Origin: Yuukianura sp. NJ FZ-2021
Lineage: Eukaryota
NCBI GenBank assembly: GCA_046563655.1
Contig: CM102283.1
Coordinates: 4,464,001-4,528,000, forward strand
Direction: 5' to 3'
Length of the DNA: 64,000 bases
In this document: piece after piece, positions 15,001-30,000 of the stretch
Numbering within the stretch: the first letter of the stretch is position 1
Layout: the number at the start of each line of letters is the position of its first letter
Notes under the pieces: model-generated
The model's database searches: none
What the model was told of the DNA's origin: nothing
What the model saw: the letters and a program-made list of their open reading frames with translations, nothing else
Translations under genes and position numbers: made by a program

Positions 15001-18000
15001 TTTGGACAAAGAGTAAAGCGGATTTTTTTTTCAAAATTTCTGAGTGCGACCACTAGATTCTAAGGCTATACAGACACATCTAAGTCCATTCTAACGGTAT
15101 TGTACAATGGTGTTTGATATGCCGCTTTTTAGTTTAGGAACAGTTTCGCCTGTGTTTTAAGTTGAAATTATATATGCTTTGGAACAGCTATTTTATTAAA
15201 ACCCGCTTGCATTTGGACAAAGAGTAAAGCGGATTTTTTTTTTCAAAATTTCTGAGTGCGACCACTAGATTCTAAGGCTATACAGACACATCTAAGTCCA
15301 TTCTAACGGTATTGTACAATGGTGTTTGATATGCCGCCTTCTATTTTAGGAATAGTTTCGCCTGTGTTTTAAGTTGAAGTTAGATATGCTTTGGAACAGC
15401 TATTTTATTAAAACCCGCTTGCATTTGGACAAAGAGTAAAGCGGATTTTTTTTTCAAAATTTCTGAGTGCGACCACTAGATTCTAAGGCTATACAGACAC
15501 ATCTAAGTCCATTCTAACGGTATTGTACAATGGTGTTTGATATGCCGCCTTCTATTTTAGGAATAGTTTCGCTTGTGTTTTAAGTTGAAATTAGATATGC
15601 TTTGGAACAGCTATTTTATTAAAACCCGCTTGCATTTGGACAAAGAGTAAAGCGGATTTTTTTCAAAATTTCTGAGTGCGACCACTAAATTCTAAGGCTA
15701 TACAGACACATCTAATTCCATTCTAACGGTATTATACAATGGTGTTTGATATGCCGCCTTTTAGTTTAGGAATAGTTTCGCTTGTGTTTTAAGTTGAAAT
15801 TAGATATGCTTTGGAACAGCTATTTTATTAAAACCCGCTTGCATTTGGACAAAGAGTAAAGCGGATTTTTTTTTTCAAAATTTCTGAGTGCGACCACTAG
15901 ATTCTAAGGCTATACAGACACATCTAAGTCCATTCTAACGGTATTGTACAATGGTGTTTGATATGCCGCCTTCTATTTTAGGAATAGTTTCGCCTGTGTT
16001 TTAAGTTGAAGTTAGATATGCTTTGGAACAGCTATTTTATTAAAACCCGCTTGCATTTGGACAAAGAGTAAAGCGGATTTTTTTTTCAAAATTTCTGAGT
16101 GCGACCACTAGATTCTAAGGCTATACAGACACATCTAAGTCCATTCTAACGGTATTGTACAATGGTGTTTGATATGCCGCCTTCTATTTTAGGAACAGTT
16201 TCGCCTGTGTTTTAAGTTTAAATTAGATATGCTTTGGAACAGCTATTTTATTAAAACCCGCTTGCATTTGGACAAAGAGTAAAGCGGATTTTTTTTTCAA
16301 AATTTCTGAGTGCGACCACTAGATTCTAAGGCTATACAGACACATCTAAGTCCATTCTAACGGTATTGTACAATGGTGTTTGATATGCCGCTTTTTAGTT
16401 TAGGAACAGTTTCGCCTGTGTTTTAAGTTGAAATTATATATGCTTTGGAACAGCTATTTTATTAAAACCCGCTTGCATTTGGACAAAGAGTAAAGCGGAT
16501 TTTTTTCAAAATTTCTGAGTGCGACCACTAGATTCTAAGGCTATACAGACACATCTAAGTCCATTCTAACGGTATTGTACAATGGTGTTTGATATGCCGC
16601 CTTCTATTTTAGGAATAGTTTCGCTTGTGTTTTAAGTTGAAATTAGATATGCTTTGGAACAGCTATTTTATTAAAACCCGCTTGCATTTGGACAAAGAGT
16701 AAAGCGGATTTTTTTCAAAATTTCTGAGTGCGACCACTAAATTCTAAGGCTATACAGACACATCTCATTCCATTCTAATGGTATTATACAATGGTGTTTG
16801 ATATGCCGCCTTTTAGTTTAGGAACAGTTTCGCCTGTGTTTTAAGTTGAAATTATATATGCTTTGGAACAGCTATTTTATTAAAACCCGCTTGCATTTGG
16901 ACAAAGAGTAAAGCGGATTTTTTTTTCAAAATTTCTGAGTGCGACCACTAGATTCTAAGGCTATACAGACACATCTAAGTCCATTCTAACGGTATTGTAC
17001 AATGGTGTTTGATATGCCGCTTTTTAGTTTAGGAACAGTTTCGCCTGTGTTTTAAGTTGAAATTATATATGCTTTGGAACAGCTATTTTATTAAAACCCG
17101 CTTGCATTTGGACAAAGAGTAAAGCGGATTTTTTTTTTCAAAATTTCTGAGTGCGACCACTAGATTCTAAGGCTATACAGACACATCTAAGTCCATTCTA
17201 ACGGTATTGTACAATGGTGTTTGATATGCCGCCTTCTATTTTAGGAATAGTTTCGCTTGTGTTTTAAGTTGAAATTAGATATGCTTTGGAACAGCTATTT
17301 TATTAAAACCCGCTTGCATTTGGACAAAGAGTAAAGCGGATTTTTTTCCAAAATTTCTGAGTGCGACCACTAGATTCTAAGGCTATACAGACACATCTAA
17401 GTCCATTCTAACGGTATTGTACAATGGTGTTTGATATGCCGCCTTCTATTTTAGGAATAGTTTCGCTTGTGTTTTAAGTTGAAATTAGATATGCTTTGGA
17501 ACAGCTATTTTATTAAAACCCGCTTGCATTTGGACAAAGAGTAAAGCGGATTTTTTTTTCAAAATTTCTGAGTGCGACCACTAGATTCTAAGGCTATACA
17601 GACACATCTCATTCCATTCTAACGGTATTATACAATGGTGTTTGATATGCCGCCTTGTAGTTTAGGAATAGTTTCGCTTGTGTTTTAAGTTGAAATTAGA
17701 TATGCTTTGGAACAGCTATTTTATTAAAATCCGCTTGCATTTGGACAAAGAGTAAAGCGGATTTTTTTTTCAAAATTTCTGAGTGCGACCACTAGATTCT
17801 AAGGCTATACAGACACATCTAAGTCCATTCTAACGCTATTATACAATGGTGTTTGATATGCCGCCTTTTAGTTTAGGAACAGTTTCGCCTGTGTTTTAAG
17901 TTGAAATTATATATGCTTTGGAAAAGCTATTTTATTAAAACCCGCTTGCATTTGGACAAAGAGTAAAGCGGATTTTTTCCCAAAATTTCTGAGTGCGACC

Positions 18001-21000
18001 ACTAGATTCTAAGGCTATACAGACACATCTAAGTCCATTCTAACGGTATTGTACAATGGTGTTTGATATGCCGCCTTCTATTTTAGGAATAGTTTCGCTT
18101 GTGTTTTAAGTTGAAATTAGATATGCTTTGGAACAGCTATTTTATTAAAACCCGCTTGCATTTGGACAAAGAGTAAAGCGGATTTTTTTTTCAAAATTTC
18201 TGAGTGCGACCACTAGATTCTAAGGCTATACAGACACATCTCATTCCATTCTAACGGTATTATACAATGGTGTTTGATATGCCGCCTTTTAGTTTAGGAA
18301 CAGTTTCGCCTGTGTTTTAAGTTGAAATTATATATGCTTTGGAACAGCTATTTTATTAAAACCCGCTTGCATTTGGACAAAGAGTAAAGCGGATTTTTTT
18401 TTTCAAAATTTCTGAGTGCGACCACTAGATTCTAAGGCTATACAGACACATCTAAGTCCATTCTAACGGTATTGTACAATGGTGTTTGATATGCCGCCTT
18501 TTATTTTAGGAACAGTTTCGCCTGTGTTTTAAGTTGAAATTAGATATGCTTTGGAACAGCTATTTTATTAAAACCCGCTTGCATTTGGACAAAGAGTAAA
18601 GCGGATTTTTTTCCAAAATTTCTGAGTGCGACCACTAGATTCTAAGGCTATACAGACACATCTAAGTCCATTCTAACGGTATTGTACAATGGTGTTTGAT
18701 ATGCCGCCTTCTATTTTAGGAATAGTTTCGCTTGTGTTTTAAGTTGAAATTAGATATGCTTTGGAACAGCTATTTTATTAAAACCCGCTTGCATTTGGAC
18801 AAAGAGTAAAGCGGATTTTTTTTCAAAATTTCTGAGTGCGACCACTAGATTCTAAGGCTATACAGACACATCTAAGTCCATTCTAACGGTATTGTACAAT
18901 GGTGTTTGATATGCCGCCTTCTATTTTAGGAATAGTTTCGCTTGTGTTTTAAGTTGAAATTAGATATGCTTTGGAACAGCTATTTTATTAAAACCCGCTT
19001 GCATTTGGACAAAGAGTAAAGCGGATTTTTTTCAAAATTTCTGAGTGCGACCACTAGATTCTAAGGCTATACAGACACATCTAAGTCCATTCTAACGGTA
19101 TTGTACAATGGTGTTTGATATGCCGCCTTCTATTTTAGGAATAGTTTCGCTTGTGTTTTAAGTTGAAATTAGATATGCTTTGGAACAGCTATTTTATTAA
19201 AACCCGCTTGCATTTGGACAAAGAGTAAAGCGGATTTTTTTACAAAATTTCTGAGTGCGACCACTAAATTCTAAGGCTATACAGACACATCTCATTCCAT
19301 TCTAACGGTATTGTACAATGGTGTTTGATATGCCGCTTTTTAGTTTAGGAACAGTTTCGCCTGTGTTTTAAGTTGAAATTAGATATGCTTTGGAACAGCT
19401 ATTTTATTAAAACCCGCTTGCATTTGGACAAAGAGTAAAGCGGATTTTTTTTTTCAAAATTTCTGAGTGCGACCACTAGATTCTAAGGCTATACAGACAC
19501 ATCTAAGTCCATTCTAACGGTATTGTACAATGGTGTTTGATATGCCGCCTTCTATTTTAGGAATAGTTTCGCCTGTGTTTTAAGTTGAAGTTAGATATGC
19601 TTTGGAACAGCTATTTTATTAAAACCCGCTTGCATTTGGACAAAGAGTAAAGCGGATTTTTTTTTCAAAATTTCTGAGTGCGACCACTAGATTCTAAGGC
19701 TATACAGACACATCTAAGTCCATTCTAACGGTATTGTACAATGGTGTTTGATATGCCGCCTTCTATTTTAGGAATAGTTTCGCCTGTGTTTTAAGTTGAA
19801 GTTAGATATGCTTTGGAACAGCTATTTTATTAAAACCCGCTTGCATTTGGACAAAGAGTAAAGCGGATTTTTTTTTCAAAATTTCTGAGTGCGACCACTA
19901 GATTCTAAGGCTATACAGACACATCTAAGTCCATTCTAACGGTATTGTACAATGGTGTTTGATATGCCGCCTTCTATTTTAGGAATAGTTTCGCTTGTGT
20001 TTTAAGTTGAAATTAGATATGCTTTGGAACAGCTATTTTATTAAAACCCGCTTGCATTTGGACAAAGAGTAAAGCGGATTTTTTTCCAAAATTTCTGAGT
20101 GCGACCACTAAATTCTAAGGCTATACAGACACATCTCATTCCATTCTAACGCTATTATACAATGGTGTTTGATATGCCGCCTTTTAGTTTAGGAATAGTT
20201 TCGCCTGTGTTTTAAGTTGAAATTAGATATGCTTTGGAACAGCTATTTTATTAAAACCCGCTTGCATTTGGACAAAGAGTAAAGCGGATTCTTTTCCCAA
20301 ATTTCTGAGTGCGACCACTAGATTCTAAGGCTATACAGACACATCTAAGTCCATTCTAACGGTATTGTACAATGGTGTTTGATATGCCGCCTTTTAGTTT
20401 AGGAACAGTTTCGCCTGTGTTTTAAGTTGAAATTAGATATGCTTTGGAACAGCTATTTTATTAAAACCCGCTTGCATTTGGACAAAGAGTAAAGCGGATT
20501 TTTTTTTTCAAAATTTCTGAGTGCGACCACTAGATTCTAAGGCTATACAGACACATCTAAGTCCATTCTAACGGTATTGTACAATGGTGTTTGATATGCC
20601 GCCTTCTATTTTAGGAATAGTTTCGCCTGTGTTTTAAGTTGAAATTAGATATGCTTTGGAACAGCTATTTTATTAAAACCCGCTTGCATTTGGACAAAGA
20701 GTAAAGCGGATTTTTTTCCAAAATTTCTGAGTGCGACCACTAGATTCTAAGGCTATACAGACACATCTAAGTCCATTCTAACGGTATTGTACAATGGTGT
20801 TTGATATGCCGCCTTCTATTTTAGGAATAGTTTCGCTTGTGTTTTAAGTTGAAATTAGATATGCTTTGGAACAGCTATTTTATTAAAACCCGCTTGCATT
20901 TGGACAAAGAGTAAAGCGGATTTTTTTCCAAAATTTCTGAGTGCGACCACTAGATTCTAAGGCTATACAGACACATCTAAGTCCATTCTAACGGTATTGT

Positions 21001-24000
21001 ACAATGGTGTTTGATATGCCGCCTTCTATTTTAGGAATAGTTTCGCTTGTGTTTTAAGTTGAAATTAGATATGCTTTGGAACAGCTATTTTATTAAAACC
21101 CGCTTGCATTTGGACAAAGAGTAAAGCGGATTTTTTTTTCAAAATTTCTGAGTGCGACCACTAGATTCTAAGGCTATACAGACACATCTAAGTCCATTCT
21201 AACGGTATTGTACAATGGTGTTTGATATGCCGCCTTTTAGTTTAGGAATAGTTTCGCCTGTGTTTTAAGTTGAAATTAGATATGCTTTGGAACAGCTATT
21301 TTATTAAAACCCGCTTGCATTTGGACAAAGAGTAAAGCGGATTTTTTTTTCAAAATTTCTGAGTGCGACCACTAGATTCTAAGGCTATACAGACACATCT
21401 AAGTCCATTCTAACGGTATTGTACAATGGTGTTTGATATGCCGCTTTTTAGTTTAGGAACAGTTTCGCCTGTGTTTTAAGTTGAAATTATATATGCTTTG
21501 GAAAAGCTATTTTATTAAAACCCGCTTGCATTTGGACAAAGAGTAAAGCGGATTTTTTCCCAAAATTTCTGAGTGCGACCACTAAATTCTAAGGCTATAC
21601 AGACACATCTCATTCCATTCTAACGCTATTATACAATGGTGTTTGATATGCCGCCTTTTAGTTTAGGAACAGTTTCGCCTGTGTTTTAAGTTGAAATTAT
21701 ATATGCTTTGGAACAGCTATTTTATTAAAACCCGCTTGCATTTGGACAAAGAGTAAAGCGGATTTTTTTCCAAAATTTCTGAGTGCGACCACTAGATTCT
21801 AAGGCTATACAGACACATCTAAGTCCATTCTAACGGTATTGTACAATGGTGTTTGATATGCCGCCTTCTATTTTAGGAATAGTTTCGCTTGTGTTTTAAG
21901 TTGAAATTAGATATGCTTTGGAACAGCTATTTTATTAAAACCCGCTTGCATTTGGACAAAGAGTAAAGCGGATTTTTTTCCAAAATTTCTGAGTGCGACC
22001 ACTAGATTCTAAGGCTATACAGACACATCTAAGTCCATTCTAACGGTATTGTACAATGGTGTTTGATATGCCGCCTTCTATTTTAGGAATAGTTTCGCTT
22101 GTGTTTTAAGTTGAAATTAGATATGCTTTGGAACAGCTATTTTATTAAAACCCGCTTGCATTTGGACAAAGAGTAAAGCGGATTTTTTTTCCAAAATTTC
22201 TGAGTGCGACCACTAGATTCTAAGGCTATACAGACACATCTAAGTCCATTCTAACGGTATTGTACAATGGTGTTTGATATGCCGCCTTCTATTTTAGGAA
22301 TAGTTTCGCTTGTGTTTTAAGTTGAAATTAGATATGCTTTGGAACAGCTATTTTATTAAAACCCGCTTGCATTTGGACAAAGAGTAAAGCGGATTTTTTT
22401 TCAAAATTTCTGAGTGCGACCACTAGATTCTAAGGCTATACAGACACATCTCATTCCATTCTAACGGTATTGTACAATGGTGTTTGATATGCCGCCTTCT
22501 AGTTTAGGAACAGTTTCGCCTGTGTTTTAAGTTGAAATTAGATATGCTTTGGAACAGCTATTTTATTAAAACCCGCTTGCATTTGGACAAAGAGTAAAGC
22601 GGATTTTTTTCAAAATTTCTGAGTGCGACCACTAGATTCTAAGGCTATACAGACACATCTCATTCCATTCTAACGGTATTGTACAATGGTGTTTGATATG
22701 CCGCCTTCTATTTTAGGAATAGTTTCGCCTGTGTTTTAAGTTGAAATTAGATATGCTTTGGAACAGCTATTTTATTAAAACCCGCTTGCATTTGGACAAA
22801 GAGTAAAGCGGATTTTTTTCCAAAATTTCTGAGTGCGACCACTAGATTCTAAGGCTATACAGACACATCTAAGTCCATTCTAACGGTATTGTACAATGGT
22901 GTTTGATATGCCGCCTTCTATTTTAGGAATAGTTTCGCCTGTGTTTTAAGTTGAAGTTAGATATGCTTTGGAACAGCTATTTTATTAAAACCCGCTTGCA
23001 TTTGGACAAAGAGTAAAGCGGATTTTTTTTTCAAAATTTCTGAGTGCGACCACTAGATTCTAAGGCTATACAGACACATCTAAGTCCATTCTAACGGTAT
23101 TGTACAATGGTGTTTGATATGCCGCCTTCTATTTTAGGAATAGTTTCGCTTGTGTTTTAAGTTGAAATTAGATATGCTTTGGAACAGCTATTTTATTAAA
23201 ACCCGCTTGCATTTGGACAAAGAGTAAAGCGGATTTTTTTTTCAAAATTTCTGAGTGCGACCACTAGATTCTAAGGCTATACAGACACATCTCATTCCAT
23301 TCTAACGCTATTATACAATGGTGTTTGATATGCCGCCTTCTATTTTAGGAACAGTTTCGCCTGTGTTTTAAGTTGAAATTAGATATGCTTTGGAACAGCT
23401 ATTTTATTAAAACCCGCTTGCATTTGGACAAAGAGTAAAGCGGATTTTTTTCCAAAATTTCTGAGTGCGACCACTAGATTCTAAGGCTATACAGACACAT
23501 CTAAGTCCATTCTAACGGTATTGTACAATGGTGTTTGATATGCCGCCTTCTATTTTAGGAATAGTTTCGCTTGTGTTTTAAGTTGAAATTAGATATGCTT
23601 TGGAACAGCTATTTTATTAAAACCCGCTTGCATTTGGACAAAGAGTAAAGCGGATTTTTTTTTCAAAATTTCTGAGTGCGACCACTAGATTCTAAGGCTA
23701 TACAGACACATCTAAGTCCATTCTAACGGTATTGTACAATGGTGTTTGATATGCCGCCTTCTATTTTAGGAATAGTTTCGCTTGTGTTTTAAGTTGAAAT
23801 TAGATATGCTTTGGAACAGCTATTTTATTAAAACCCGCTTGCATTTGGACAAAGAGTAACGCGGGTTTTTTTCCAAAATTTCTGAGTGCGACCACTAGAT
23901 TCTAAGGCTATACAGACACATCTCATTCCATTCTAACGGTATTGTACAATGGTGTTTGATATGCCGCTTTTTAGTTTAGGAACAGTTTCGCCTGTGTTTT

Positions 24001-27000
24001 AAGTTGAAATTATATATGCTTTGGAACAGCTATTTTATTAAAACCCGCTTGCATTTGGACAAAGAGTAAAGCGGATTTTTTTTTCAAAATTTCTGAGTGC
24101 GACCACTAGATTCTAAGGCTATACAGACACATCTAAGTCCATTCTAACGGTATTGTACAATGGTGTTTGATATGCCGCTTTTTAGTTTAGGAACAGTTTC
24201 GCCTGTGTTTTAAGTTGAAATTATATATGCTTTGGAACAGCTATTTTATTAAAACCCGCTTGCATTTGGACAAAGAGTAAAGCGGATTTTTTTCCAAAAT
24301 TTCTGAGTGCGACCACTAGATTCTAAGGCTATACAGACACATCTAAGTCCATTCTAACGGTATTGTACAATGGTGTTTGATATGCCGCCTTCTATTTTAG
24401 GAATAGTTTCGCCTGTGTTTTAAGTTGAAATTAGATATGCTTTGGAACAGCTATTTTATTAAAACCCGCTTGCATTTGGACAAAGAGTAAAGCGGATTTT
24501 TTTCCAAAATTTCTGAGTGCGACCACTAGATTCTAAGGCTATACAGACACATCTAAGTCCATTCTAACGGTATTGTACAATGGTGTTTGATATGCCGCCT
24601 TCTATTTTAGGAATAGTTTCGCTTGTGTTTTAAGTTGAAATTAGATATGCTTTGGAACAGCTATTTTATTAAAACCCGCTTGCATTTGGACAAAGAGTAA
24701 AGCGGATTTTTTTTTCAAAATTTCTGAGTGCGACCACTAGATTCTAAGGCTATACAGACACATCTAAGTCCATTCTAACGGTATTGTACAATGGTGTTTG
24801 ATATGCCGCCTTCTATTTTAGGAATAGTTTCGCTTGTGTTTTAAGTTGAAATTAGATATGCTTTGGAACAGCTATTTTATTAAAACCCGCTTGCATTTGG
24901 ACAAAGAGTAAAGCGGATTTTTTTCCAAAATTTCTGAGTGCGACCACTAGATTCTAAGGCTATACAGACACATCTAAGTCCATTCTAACGGTATTGTACA
25001 ATGGTGTTTGATATGCCGCCTTCTATTTTAGGAATAGTTTCGCTTGTGTTTTAAGTTGAAATTAGATATGCTTTGGAACAGCTATTTTATTAAAACCCGC
25101 TTGCATTTGGACAAAGAGTAAAGCGGATTTTTTTTTTCAAAATTTCTGAGTGCGACCACTAAATTCTAAGGCTATACAGACACATCTCATTCCATTCTAA
25201 CGGTATTGTACAATGGTGTTTGATATGCCGCTTTTTAGTTTAGGAACAGTTTCGCCTGTGTTTTAAGTTGAAATTATATATGCTTTGGAACAGCTATTTT
25301 ATTAAAACCCGCTTGCATTTGGACAAAGAGTAAAGCGGATTTTTTTCCAAAATTTCTGAGTGCGACCACTAGATTCTAAGGCTATACAGACACATCTAAG
25401 TCCATTCTAACGGTATTGTACAATGGTGTTTGATATGCCGCCTTCTATTTTAGGAATAGTTTCGCTTGTGTTTTAAGTTGAAATTAGATATGCTTTGGAA
25501 CAGCTATTTTATTAAAACCCGCTTGCATTTGGACAAAGAGTAAAGCGGATTTTTTTCCAAAATTTCTGAGTGCGACCACTAGATTCTAAGGCTATACAGA
25601 CACATCTAAGTCCATTCTAACGGTATTGTACAATGGTGTTTGATATGCCGCCTTCTATTTTAGGAATAGTTTCGCTTGTGTTTTAAGTTGAAATTAGATA
25701 TGCTTTGGAACAGCTATTTTATTAAAACCCGCTTGCATTTGGACAAAGAGTAAAGCGGATTTTTTTTTCAAAATTTCTGAGTGCGACCACTAGATTCTAA
25801 GGCTATACAGACACATCTCATTCCATTCTAACGGTATTGTACAATGGTGTTTGATATGCCGCCTTTTAGTTTAGGAATAGTTTCGCCTGTGTTTTAAGTT
25901 GAAATTAGATATGCTTTGGAACAGCTATTTTATTAAAACCCGCTTGCATTTGGACAAAGAGTAAAGCGGATTTTTTTTTCAAAATTTCTGAGTGCGACCA
26001 CTAGATTCTAAGGCTATACAGACACATCTAAGTCCATTCTAACGGTATTGTACAATGGTGTTTGATATGCCGCCTTCTATTTTAGGAATAGTTTCGCCTG
26101 TGTTTTAAGTTGAAATTAGATATGCTTTGGAACAGCTATTTTATTAAAACCCGCTTGCATTTGGACAAAGAGTAAAGCGGATTTTTTTCCAAAATTTCTG
26201 AGTGCGACCACTAGATTCTAAGGCTATACAGACACATCTAAGTCCATTCTAACGGTATTGTACAATGGTGTTTGATATGCCGCCTTCTATTTTAGGAATA
26301 GTTTCGCTTGTGTTTTAAGTTGAAATTAGATATGCTTTGGAACAGCTATTTTATTAAAACCCGCTTGCATTTGGACAAAGAGTAAAGCGGATTTTTTTCC
26401 AAAATTTCTGAGTGCGACCACTAGATTCTAAGGCTATACAGACACATCTAAGTCCATTCTAACGGTATTGTACAATGGTGTTTGATATGCCGCCTTCTAT
26501 TTTAGGAATAGTTTCGCTTGTGTTTTAAGTTGAAATTAGATATGCTTTGGAACAGCTATTTTATTAAAACCCGCTTGCATTTGGACAAAGAGTAAAGCGG
26601 ATTTTTTTCCAAAATTTCTGAGTGCGACCACTAGATTCTAAGGCTATACAGACACATCTAAGTCCATTCTAACGGTATTGTACAATGGTGTTTGATATGC
26701 CGCCTTCTATTTTAGGAATAGTTTCGCTTGTGTTTTAAGTTGAAATTAGATATGCTTTGGAACAGCTATTTTATTAAAACCCGCTTGCATTTGGACAAAG
26801 AGTAAAGCGGATTTTTTTTTCAAAATTTCTGAGTGCGACCACTAGATTCTAAGGCTATACAGACACATCTCATTCCATTCTAACGGTATTGTACAATGGT
26901 GTTTGATATGCCGCCTTCTATTTTAGGAATAGTTTCGCCTGTGTTTTAAGTTGAAATTAGATATGCTTTGGAACAGCTATTTTATTAAAACCCGCTTGCA

Positions 27001-30000
27001 TTTGGACAAAGAGTAAAGCGGATTTTTTTCCAAAATTTCTGAGTGCGACCACTAGATTCTAAGGCTATACAGACACATCTAAGTCCATTCTAACGGTATT
27101 GTACAATGGTGTTTGATATGCCGCCTTCTATTTTAGGAATAGTTTCGCTTGTGTTTTAAGTTGAAATTAGATATGCTTTGGAACAGCTATTTTATTAAAA
27201 CCCGCTTGCATTTGGACAAAGAGTAAAGCGGATTTTTTTCCAAAATTTCTGAGTGCGACCACTAGATTCTAAGGCTATACAGACACATCTAAGTCCATTC
27301 TAACGGTATTGTACAATGGTGTTTGATATGCCGCCTTCTATTTTAGGAATAGTTTCGCTTGTGTTTTAAGTTGAAATTAGATATGCTTTGGAACAGCTAT
27401 TTTATTAAAACCCGCTTGCATTTGGACAAAGAGTAAAGCGGATTTTTTTCCAAAATTTCTGAGTGCGACCACTAGATTCTAAGGCTATACAGACACATCT
27501 AAGTCCATTCTAACGGTATTGTACAATGGTGTTTGATATGCCGCCTTCTATTTTAGGAATAGTTTCGCTTGTGTTTTAAGTTGAAATTAGATATGCTTTG
27601 GAACAGCTATTTTATTAAAACCCGCTTGCATTTGGACAAAGAGTAAAGCGGATTTTTTTCCAAAATTTCTGAGTGCGACCACTAGATTCTAAGGCTATAC
27701 AGACACATCTAAGTCCATTCTAACGGTATTGTACAATGGTGTTTGATATGCCGCCTTCTATTTTAGGAATAGTTTCGCTTGTGTTTTAAGTTGAAATTAG
27801 ATATGCTTTGGAACAGCTATTTTATTAAAACCCGCTTGCATTTGGACAAAGAGTAAAGCGGATTTTTTTCCAAAATTTCTGAGTGCGACCACTAGATTCT
27901 AAGGCTATACAGACACATCTAAGTCCATTCTAACGGTATTGTACAATGGTGTTTGATATGCCGCCTTCTATTTTAGGAATAGTTTCGCTTGTGTTTTAAG
28001 TTGAAATTAGATATGCTTTGGAACAGCTATTTTATTAAAACCCGCTTGCATTTGGACAAAGAGTAAAGCGGATTTTTTTCCAAAATTTCTGAGTGCGACC
28101 ACTAGATTCTAAGGCTATACAGACACATCTAAGTCCATTCTAACGGTATTGTACAATGGTGTTTGATATGCCGCCTTCTATTTTAGGAATAGTTTCGCTT
28201 GTGTTTTAAGTTGAAATTAGATATGCTTTGGAACAGCTATTTTATTAAAACCCGCTTGCATTTGGACAAAGAGTAAAGCGGATTTTTTTTTCAAAATTTC
28301 TGAGTGCGACCACTAGATTCTAAGGCTATACAGACACATCTAAGTCCATTCTAACGGTATTGTACAATGGTGTTTGATATGCCGCCTTCTATTTTAGGAA
28401 TAGTTTCGCTTGTGTTTTAAGTTGAAATTAGATATGCTTTGGAACAGCTATTTTATTAAAACCCGCTTGCATTTGGACAAAGAGTAAAGCGGATTTTTTT
28501 CCAAAATTTCTGAGTGCGACCACTAGATTCTAAGGCTATACAGACACATCTAAGTCCATTCTAACGGTATTGTACAATGGTGTTTGATATGCCGCCTTCT
28601 ATTTTAGGAATAGTTTCGCTTGTGTTTTAAGTTGAAATTAGATATGCTTTGGAACAGCTATTTTATTAAAACCCGCTTGCATTTGGACAAAGAGTAAAGC
28701 GGATTTTTTTTTTCAAAATTTCTGAGTGCGACCACTAGATTCTAAGGCTATACAGACACATCTCATTCCATTCTAACGGTATTGTACAATGGTGTTTGAT
28801 ATGCCGCCTTCTATTTTAGGAATAGTTTCGCTTGTGTTTTAAGTTGAAATTAGATATGCTTTGGAACAGCTATTTTATTAAAACCCGCTTGCATTTGGAC
28901 AAAGAGTAAAGCGGATTTTTTTCAAAATTTCTGAGTGCGACCACTAAATTCTAAGGCTATACAGACACATCTCATTCCATTCTAACGGTATTGTACAATG
29001 GTGTTTGATATGCCGCTTTTTAGTTTAGGAACAGTTTCGCCTGTGTTTTAAGTTGAAATTATATATGCTTTGGAACAGCTATTTTATTAAAACCCGCTTG
29101 CATTTGGACAAAGAGTAAAGCGGATTTTTTTCCAAAATTTCTGAGTGCGACCACTAGATTCTAAGGCTATACAGACACATCTAAGTCCATTCTAACGGTA
29201 TTGTACAATGGTGTTTGATATGCCGCCTTTTAGTTTAGGAACAGTTTCGCCTGTGTTTTAAGTTGAAATTAGATATGCTTTGGAACAGCTATTTTATTAA
29301 AACCCGCTTGCATTTGGACAAAGAGTAAAGCGGATTTTTTTCCAAAATTTCTGAGTGCGACCACTAGATTCTAAGGCTATACAGACACATCTAAGTCCAT
29401 TCTAACGGTATTGTACAATGGTGTTTGATATGCCGCCTTCTATTTTAGGAATAGTTTCGCTTGTGTTTTAAGTTGAAATTAGATATGCTTTGGAACAGCT
29501 ATTTTATTAAAACCCGCTTGCATTTGGACAAAGAGTAAAGCGGATTTTTTTCCAAAATTTCTGAGTGCGACCACTAGATTCTAAGGCTATACAGACACAT
29601 CTAAGTCCATTCTAACGGTATTGTACAATGGTGTTTGATATGCCGCCTTCTATTTTAGGAATAGTTTCGCTTGTGTTTTAAGTTGAAATTAGATATGCTT
29701 TGGAACAGCTATTTTATTAAAACCCGCTTGCATTTGGACAAAGAGTAAAGCGGATTTTTTTCCAAAATTTCTGAGTGCGACCACTAGATTCTAAGGCTAT
29801 ACAGACACATCTCATTCCATTCTAACGGTATTATACAATGGTGTTTGATATGCCGCCTTTTAGTTTAGGAACAGTTTCGCCTGTGTTTTAAGTTGAAATT
29901 AGATATGCTTTGGAACAGCTATTTTATTAAAACCCGCTTGCATTTGGACAAAGAGTAAAGCGGATTTTTTTTTTCAAAATTTCTGAGTGCGACCACTAGA